A stretch of DNA of 49,705 nucleotides, the filler included, from Streblomastix strix (lineage: Eukaryota): the NCBI GenBank assembly GCA_008636045.1. It is 3 parts of 3 records of this genome, joined end to end, with 100 filler letters (N's around TTAATTAATTAA, not from the genome) between each part and the next. Parts side by side here need not be neighbours in the genome. Positions count along the whole stretch, not along the records: positions 33,214 to 49,705 come from SNRW01000801.1; 2 more parts are not named here. One strand, written 5' to 3'. Below the pieces are notes generated by a model, which searched no databases, had not been told where the DNA came from, and was given only the letters and a program-made list of their open reading frames with translations. Shown piece by piece: positions 36,201 to 49,705 of the stretch (positions are counted from its first letter, which is position 1; every line of letters begins with the position of its first letter). The position numbers and the translations under genes are program-made.

Positions 36201-39200
36201 CACTTTCACTCTCACTTTATTCTTTTTATTTCTCTTTCTCTCTTTTCAATTATTTTTCAATCTTCTTTCTTTATTTCTATTCAATCAATTCTCTTTCTTT
36301 CTTTCTCCTCTCTTCCCACCATCTACTTTATCCTGTTAAATATCCACATATACAATCTTTTACTATTGATTAACTGTATTTGGATTAAATAAATGAATAA
36401 TATCTAATAACTATTTCATTAATTTAATCATACCCAACATTATTATCAACAGCAGAGATAGGATCATCCAAAAGAATAATATCTGAATCAGAGTAACATA
36501 CTCTAGCAAGTCCTAATATATTGAGTGAAGAAATGAGTATTAAATATAGAAAATATATTATTTGTATACCCAATCTAACTCTTTATCCACCAGACAATGT
36601 TATTCCTCTTTCTCCGACCTTAAATTAATATAAATGTAAAATCAATAAATATTTTATAAGTTAACATTATTTCTTCATACTTCAGTTTCATCTCCAGCAA
36701 TAAGAACATTGAGATCTGGCTCAAGACAACAGCATCTAATTAAATATAGTAATTAATAAAATAATATGAAATAATAAAAAATAATAAAGAATGATTATTA
36801 TACTTAATAATCTCAATATATTTCTCTCTCTCAAATTTCTCCTATTCAATCAAACAATCTTTATCTTGTTCATATCTTTACATTTATATTTATCTGTCTC
36901 ATTCTTACTCATTATAATTGTATTCATCATTAAATTCTTCATATACTCTTTCATTTTGATTCTTTTTCATCTTTTTTCTAATCATTTTTAATCTCTTCAT
37001 TATTTTCTAACTAATTTTTTCTTTTCTTTCTTTCTCTTCTTTTTTCTTTTTCAATTCTAATTTGTATTTCCTTTTCTTCTTCTTCAATTCTCTTTCAATT
37101 TCTTGTTATTCAATATTCTTATTCCCAAATATTATATTATCTTTAACTGTTGCATTTAATACCCAGGGTTATTGAGGAAGATATGCGATTTGTCCTTTCA
37201 CATATCCTTTACCTGAAAGACAATACATTTCACCTATTGAAAAATTAAAGGAAAGATATAATAATAATAAGAATTTAAAATTATTATTCATTCAATTATT
37301 CATTACAATTTAATATACCCAATAATGCCTGTAACAAAGAAGATTTCCCACATCCAACTGGACCAATGATCATAATTTTATTTCCTCTTTTCATTCTCAG
37401 AGAAATATTGGATAGTATAATTCTAGGTTATTCTATTTATATTGTAGATATAGGAAGTTATATTGATGATGATGATGAAGATTTAAGTGTCTTTTTATTA
37501 TCTATTTTATTCTCTTTATTTTTCATTCTGTCATTCTTCTATTTATTATCATCTTATTTCTTCTTTATATTCAGATTCTCTCTCTTCTCAGATTCATCTA
37601 TTTAAAGTTCAGAATATTTAGACCATGAGAAATATGCATGTTATAATGATATGAGCTAAAATAGATATGAATAAATAAATAAAAGATTTATGAGGAAATT
37701 AAATTAAATCAAGAATGTATAAGTATAGAAATATTTCACACAGTTTCTTCTTTTTCTTTTTCATTCAACATTTCCTTTTCTTTTCCTTTTTCATTTCTTC
37801 TTTATACATTCATATAATTACCAACAAGCATCGGTTATTCATCATCTTCTTCTTCATTACTAATATCATCATCTTATTATAATTAGTCTTTATTATCTTT
37901 CTTTCTCTTCTTATTAATAGTTGAAGTAAATGCAGATTTACTTTTAGAGTATGTGAGTTATTCAGCTACATTAATGATATTATTCTCTTTAACTTACTTC
38001 TTTTCATTTTAACTAAATTTCTTTTCTTTATTTTAAATCATTTTCATTTACAGAATTTTCTTTTCTCCTTCTTCTCCTTCTACTTCATCTTCTTTCTCAA
38101 TTAAACTGATTTATGTCTCTTTTTCATTCCTATTGAATTTCTTATATTTATAATCACTCTTCCAAACTTTCCACCATTTCTTCTATTTATGTTAAAGTTC
38201 TTCATTCAACATTAATTCTTCATCTTCTTCTTCATTCTAATCTTCTTCTTCTATTTCCTATTCATATTCTTCATCATCACTTTCATCATAATTAATATTT
38301 TCTTCTTCTTCTTCTTCTTCTTCATATTCACATTATTCAATCTCTTCTTCTGTTCTTAATCCCCATTTACCAATTTTGAAGCATTAATTTATTTATTATA
38401 ACAATGATTTCTTTTTCTTATACTTCTTTTTATTCGTATTAATTGATTTATATTTCTTCTTTCTAACCCATATTATATCATTACTGTTGTTATTCTAATC
38501 TTATTTATCATCTTTTTCTATCTTTTCTTTCTCTTCATTATTCTTATCATCTTAATTCGCTTTCTTCATGTAATATATTCCTTCAATCTTTCTTCTTGAT
38601 CTTTTCCCTCCTCCTTTTATTAGTGTTTCTGATTTTAGGAAAGTCTGATAGAATAAAAAAAAGAAGAATTATAATAAATAGATTTAAAATTCAACTATGA
38701 TTTATTTCCATTTTTAATTTTGACTTGCAAACTTCAAATCTTTCAATTACAGATTTAGATTCAATTAAAGAAGATATTACATTAGGAATATTCAATAGAG
38801 GTTATCTTAATTAATTTAATACTGAAAGAGATGGAAATATTTAATCTGCTGAAAATGGTTTATGTTGTAAGAATCGAAGTAATATGATTGAAACATATGA
38901 AAATATATGAGAAAATTATGATATGAATTGAATTAATGATCTGAAAATGGTCTAAAATGAAAAATAGAAAATTATAACACAAAAAATATAAGAGATGAAA
39001 TAAAAATGAATAAATGACTAATTTCTTATTAACTTCTTGTTTCATAAATTATAACCATCTACTTCATTTTCTTCAATTCTTATTCTCTTATATTATTTAT
39101 TTATTTCTTTATTGGTTTCTCCCAAGCATTCATTTTAATAATCTTCAAAATAAAATAATATAATATTTTATAATATAAACTAAAATAAATAAATATATAT

Positions 39201-40682
39201 ATATATATAATATCAATACTTTAATGCTGTGAATGGCTTCAGACGTTCTTTTTACTCTTCTATCAGTTATCTTTATATAATAAATAGATAATAAATGAGT
39301 AATAATATTTATAGTATATATTAATTCATTTACTTATACCTACATTAAATCTCTTTATATTTTCATTGTTGATTTTGAGAATAAGAAAGAAAGCGGAGAT
39401 AATATTAGAAGTACTACAATGCCAATCTGTTAATATGAATGATGAAGAATATTGAAAAGAAAAAATATTAAAAGGATAATAATTAATTAAATTATACTAA
39501 AGCGGATGAATCCAAATAAATTATAAGTGATAAAGAAGTTACAAGTATATTCATAGGCAAATCTATTAATGTGTACAATTAATTTTATGTATTTTCTAAT
39601 CTTAAATTATGAATTATTAAGAAAAATTAAAAAAAAATATTTGTCTAATTATATTATTCTCATTTTAATCTTCATTCAATAATTATAATAATAATAATTA
39701 ATTTTTAACCTCTATGCATCAGTTGAAACCATATTAATAATTTTTCCTTATCCAATTTATTAATTTGAATCTGGACTGAGTCTAAATGCTCTTCTAAAAA
39801 TAGATCATATTACTACTGATCTAAAAATAAAAAAGATTGAAAAAACAATGAAAGTATTATAACTTGCAAACCATAAAACATGCCCATTAATAATAAGTTC
39901 AAATACTTTTCTCTAAGTTGCAAGTGCCTGTTAATAATAAATATATGAGATTCCACTTAATAAAATAGTTTAAAATATAAATTTCGAGTGAATTAACAAT
40001 AAAGAAAAGAGTTGAGAGTATTATTCCTTCCCAAATTGATCCTAAATGAAAAGAAAAAGATTTTATTAATTGATTTATTATTCGAAAAATAAATAAAAGA
40101 AAAAATATAAACCATCTTCATCTGTTGCCCATTTAAGCATGACTTTCATAACATATGTTGTAAAGAATCCAATAACTAATCAATAAATAGATAAATAAAT
40201 GTGCTTAATTAAAGTGAATTAATAAATGGCAACAAACTTATAGCAATCAATTAAAAAATATAACAACGAAAGAATCTTTTCCAGAATAACTTAATTAAAG
40301 CAAAAAGCAATGAAGGCCTAAAAATGAAAGTATAAAAATGCCAATCATTTTAAATTAAATAAAATATAAATAAACTTCTTCTTTTAAGTTTCTTCATCCC
40401 AAATATCGTCAAATTCTCGAACATTACATTAACTAACATTAAGATTCGATCTATATCTGAATGTATCTTTTTCAAAAGTCTAAAATATGTAAAATAAAAA
40501 CAAAAATAAAGAGAAATAAGATCATACATGCTCACTTGATTAAGCTATGATTGGACGTACAAATAAGAAGAAAAGTTTACTGAAGAATGAAGCATGGTCA
40601 TATCTGAAATACAAAAAAATATAAGTAGAAAAAAGAAAGTATTAAAAAATGAAGTTTGCTCTTACGGATAAGAGTATTTCAT
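33250..40682 (-). CDS. ABC transporter subfamily C (MRP-like), many exons; 3' end lost in the gap
   Basis: MKYSYP|..ASFFSKLFF, then TMD1. NBD1 has [39 protein letters not shown] and [35 protein letters not shown]2 has [17 protein letters not shown] and EMASVE. NBD2 has [12 protein letters not shown] and [11 protein letters not shown]. Confidence 0.92.
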
Positions 40683-41135
40683 TATGAATTTTAAATCTAG
40701 CAAGAAATTCTGTTCTGAATAATAAAAAAGAACGGTGAATAAAATAAATAATGTAAAAAAAATTAAATTCATTAAAGAATAATTTGTTGGTTGTTATATT
40801 GGATAAGAAAATCGGAGAACATTACGAATAAGCAAGTATTCAGTAAATTATGAAAGAAAAATCGGAATGATGCTATAAAATCTCTGTGACAGTTCAAAAT
40901 TCTGCTAATTCTTAATTATTAATAGTAGAAATTATTTTTAATTGTATTATAATCAACAAAAATGCATTTTAAATTTTTGGTTGAGCAAAAAATTTGTTTT
41001 ATTGAAATATTCCTATCTCCATCACACTTTAATATTATTATATATAAATAAACCGTATGAAACAAATATTCTATTTATTGATCACTCAAACGATATTTCC
41101 TAGAGGAAATAAACGTAAAAATGAAATGAAGCTGA

Positions 41136-45189
<4,054 letters not shown>

Positions 45190-45535
45190 TGGTAATCTAA
45201 TAAAATTAAAATTATGCAAAAAGGAAAGAATAAAATAGAATCGAATAGACAATATGGTATAAATCAAGTTATTTAAATATTTAAATAAATTGACTATTCT
45301 GGTTGATTAATGAGGATATTTGGTAATTTTTAATTTTATTTATATTTGTATTTAACGTTGAATGATTAAGTTAAATCGGAACATTGCAAACAAAGGAGAG
45401 CACAAACGATTAAGAATCAAAACCAAGCAATAGGCTCATGAAGGATTGTTTTCTTTTGGATCGGATGTACATCGATTATTTTCGTATTAAAGCTAACAAT
45501 CAAATACTTTTTTATTTAAATATGTAAATTTTTAT

Positions 45536-48500
45536 TCACTCTTAACTTAAAAAGATCGAAAAAAGTATCTTTTTCATCTTTTCCCCCCTTTCCTTTTGGT
45601 ATTTAAAGGATCTGATGATTTTTTTCTTCCTTAGCTTCGTCCTCTGTTTAATAACTTTTCTTTTGATTTTCCAACTAATCCTCCAAAGTACTATCTTTCC
45701 TTTTAATTTCCATCTCTTTTTCTTTTAATTGGGTGCATACTATTGCTCTAGCTTCTTCCCCCTCTGGAATCTCTTCCTGTTCCCCTTGAACCTCCAGATG
45801 AGCTTCTTCCTCTGATTTGACCTCTTTATCCTTCATTTCCATGTCTATATCCAGCACCAGCACTTTTCCTTTTATTTAATTAAGCTTTCCTTTAATTATC
45901 TGGATCGACAGATGGAATTCCTATAGCATTTGTAGTTTCAAGTAGATATGAAGGAAGTTCAGCTAATTCTCCGACTTTAACTATATGTAAATAAATAATA
46001 ATTTTAAAAGAATCAATAAATTAATAGTTTAGTTCATTCACACTCAATAATTAAATAATATCTAAAGCAATACAAACCTGACATTTTTCTTCTCAAATTA
46101 TTATTATTTTCTCCCTCAATAAAACTTTTTCCTCCATGTCTCATTATTTCATCACGAAGACGTTCACTTGCCTGAATAAATAGTTAATAAAGATAAAATA
46201 ATTATTATTTATCATCAATAAACCATCTCAGCCTTCTATTTGGGAGTTAATTCATTCTAATTCTGTTTATTTATAGACTGAATAGATACTTTGGATGAAT
46301 TAGAAGAAATTATCTATGCTTCATTAGATTTGGCCTAAATACATAAAAAAATATAAAATTATAAATAAGATAATAAATTAATAAATAAATACATATTCAG
46401 AATTTGCAACAATGTTCGCTTTTCTTACTCTTGTAATCTCCTTTGCAATTTCTTTTTCTATTTCTCTCTTCACTATTCCTTTTGTTACAGCTATATTATG
46501 AGTATTATTATAAATATGAATATTATAATATAATATAAGGTAATTAATATATAATAAGAATGAAAAATTCTTACTAAACACTTCTTATAACCTAAAATCT
46601 ATTATTAATATATATTCATTACCTGAAAGTGCTATATCGCATCGATATCTAAGTCCAGATAGTGTTTCTGCATCTGCTTTCATTTCTGATGCTGATAAAG
46701 CTGATTAAATAGAAATATTAATGTTAAAAGATGTAATAATAAATAATTATTTTATGATGAGAAAATATATATATATATTCATTATTAATCTTTTATTCAT
46801 TCAAAATATATAGTATAATACATTCTCCAATTTATCCTGCGTTAAATATAGTAAGAATATGCGGATCTTATGGAGTAATAAGTGTAATTGCTACTCCTGT
46901 ATATAATGAATAGTTATAAAATAATATGTAATAATGATTAATAAATAAAGAAAATAAAATTATTATTTATTCTCTTTTCTTATTTTATATTTTTATTACC
47001 ATTTTTCTCTCCTCTTGCTGTTCTTCCAACTCTATGAACATATTATGATCTAATATTTGGACAATCAAAATTAATTACAGTTTCAATTCTAATTATTAAC
47101 AATATGAATATCAATTAAAGAAGAAAAAGAAAATATGTATAAATAATATTCAATATTTTTGATTTAATGTTAAACCTAGAAAAATCTAATCCCCTGGCAA
47201 CACCAAACTCTTCATCATTTTATATTATTTTTGATTCTTTCTTTTTCTTTTATTATTATTATTATATAGTTTGATTTTCAGTTAAATTTCTCTTTGAACT
47301 GAACGCTTCATCTGTTGCAATCAAATAATTAATTAGACCTCTAGAGAATTATGAGAGAATGTGCCATCTATTAAAAGGATATATTATAGATAATATAAAT
47401 TTATATTTAAATAAACAATGTTAAATTTATAAATTATATTATAGTAAATGCCTTGATTATATGGGAAGAAGTGAATTAAGAACAACTGCATCAATTCCAA
47501 AACGAAGCAGAAATAATCTTAATTTAAATCCTAAATAATAATATATGGTACAAATAAATAAATAAATAATCATTCCTTCAAAATAAGTAAATTAAACCTC
47601 TTGTCAGTTCATTAACAAAAATAAGAGCAGGAGGTCTGAATGAATGTGTTATTAGTAGTGAATACAACATATGATATTTATCTGGTAGTAGATCTGTAGA
47701 ATAAGAAGGAAAAGGAGACGTTAAAGATGAAGATTATGAAGTGTATGTATGAGATGATTAAGATGAAGTGGATGATTTAATATTAATTACTTCTGATTGT
47801 TATTCATTTGGTTTAAATGATTATTAATCTTATTTTATCTATTCTTAATTAGTATTTGTGTTTTCATTTTCATTTTCTTCTCTTCCTTCACTTTCATCGA
47901 GTCTTCTTCTTTTGATTCCATCAACAACATTTGATTCATCATCTATAATTTCATTATTATCATCTTCAACATTCAGTTCTTAATCCTACTTCTCTATATC
48001 TATAATATCTATATTCATACTTTTATCTGTAACTTCATCATATTTTCTCTTTTCTTCTTTCTCTCTTTCTCTTTTCAATATTTTCTTCTCTTTCTTCCTC
48101 TTCTTCTTCTCTTCTGCTTTAATTTCTTTATCTTTTATTTCTTCTTCATGTTTCTAAAGTCGTTCTTTTCTTTCTTTTCTTTCCTGATTCAGTTTTTATT
48201 CCCTTTCTTCTTCTCTTAATGTCCATTCTATTCCTCCTTCTTCATCTTCTTCTTATTTCTTTCCTTTCTCTTGTATCTTATTTTCTACATTCTTTCCTAC
48301 CTATATATATTATATAGTACAAAATCATGTACAATGACAATAATATATTATATATAAAAGGATAATTTCTCATAATACAAATTTAATGTAATGAATATTA
48401 TTTCTTATAAGTCAAACTCCTTCTCTTGCACTGCATAATACATAATATTCTTTGAGCTGATTCTAAAACTATGAATCTTCAACATTTATCTCAACCTTCA

Positions 48501-49359
48501 ATAATTAGTAATATTTTAAATAAATCAGTATAAAACATTACTCTTCATTTTTAATCCCTAATTAATCATACTGGATTACGCATTATAATTCCCTTCATAT
48601 TTTCTATTTCTTCTTCCAGAGTTGCACTCATTAGTATTTTTTAGCTATCAGCACCTATCCACTATACTAATTTCTCCATATAAGCTGTAATCGAATATAA
48701 AAATATTAAATATGAAATATAGAAGAAAAAAATATTATTTTCCATTATATAATAAACATCGGTTATCCATTGCTACAAGTTTATCAGCTTCATCAAAAAC
48801 AATCGTATTAACCTTTGCAAAAGCTTCATGATTATTAGTAACCAAATTTATTGCTTGTCTGGGTGTTGTTATTAATACTGCACATTATGGAACGCTTCTT
48901 ACAATTTGTGTTAATGTAAAGATCTAAATTACAACAAATAATAATAATTGACCATAATAATAATAATAAAATAACTCTAATTTTGTTTGCACTAGCAGTA
49001 TTGAACACATTAGCTACTTATAAACATAGTTCTTTTGTAGGAAGAAGCACGCATACACATATTTCATCAATCTATGCCTTATGTAACATCTATTAATTAA
49101 GGATAGTATCAATAATTGGAAGAGCATATGCCAATGTTTTCCCAGATCCAGTTCATGCTCTTACAAGCACATCTTTTCCCTGAATAAATAATAATAATAA
49201 TAAATCTAAATTAAAACTCATAATACATCATACTTCAAATATTCGTGGAATTGACTCTACTTGTACAGGAGTTGGTTTAGTTATCTTCATATGTTTCAGT
49301 TGATTTTGTAGAAATGTACTTAAATGATTATGAAAAACATCTCCCTTGTTTTGACTCAT
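45536..49359 (-). CDS. DDX56: DEAD-box RNA helicase DDX56/Dbp9, multi-exon; contains an in-frame TGA at 49153-49155
   Basis: Q motif KPTPVQ, VLVRA*TGSGKT, LLPTKELC, VFDEADKL, MSATL, Dbp9-type EEFGVARGLDF, YVHRVGRTARG and FRYRC...AVTK. Terminal TGA at 45536. Confidence 0.85.
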
Positions 49360-49705
49360 TTATTGCCTTGGCTGAAATAATTGAATAAAGAAAAAAATGT
49401 TATTAAAATAAAATATTTCGGTTTAAATTAATGATAAATTAGGAGATGAATGGATTTTTATATCAATTGAATATTAAATATTATTATTTAAAATGAAGAA
49501 TCATTTCTTTGCTATTTCTTTCTTTAAAATGATGAAAAATCTTTAGAAATGTTAAATTCATTTATCTCTAAGATATAATCATCAATAAAAATAATAATTT
49601 CTACTCCAACTTTAGCATTAATTAATTATTTCATCAATTCCTTGTTTTGTTTACTGACAAATAATATTCGAGACTAAGTTTGTCTAATAACCTCCAGCAA
49701 AGCTT

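Noticed and set aside
49400..49705. Possible minus-strand coding sequence at the window end
   Set aside because: Too short and AT-rich to fix the frame or product; long open frames arise easily with one stop codon.

Overview
AT-rich, intron-rich eukaryotic DNA that uses a non-standard nuclear code: TAA/TAG = Gln and TGA is the only stop. The supplied standard-code ORF track therefore fragments or misses nearly every gene. The code and intron style suggest an oxymonad such as Streblomastix strix (inference). Host genes are a Yak1/DYRK kinase, two hypothetical genes, IQCA1/DRC11, an ABCC transporter, RPB2 and a DDX56/Dbp9 helicase carrying an in-frame TGA. Two 100-nt scaffold gaps lie at 16510-16609 and 33114-33213. 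The main find is a ~15-kb intronless, gene-dense endogenous Polinton-like virus (~16610-31500) written in the host's code. It encodes a protein-primed DNA polymerase B, an A32-like packaging ATPase, a probable major capsid protein, two fibre-like proteins (one with HxH repeats), a small amphipathic Met-Gly peptide resembling a membrane-lytic protein, an HNH endonuclease and several orphan ORFs. No integrase or protease is recognisable. Its genes share an upstream TTATTTTT..AAAATG motif, form very tight head-to-head pairs, and have hairpins at two convergent gene junctions. Long palindromes starting near AGTAGT lie on both flanks. Several viral ORFs carry frameshifts or nonsense codons, so this copy is decaying or misassembled. 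All translations were done by hand and coordinates of disruptions are approximate.
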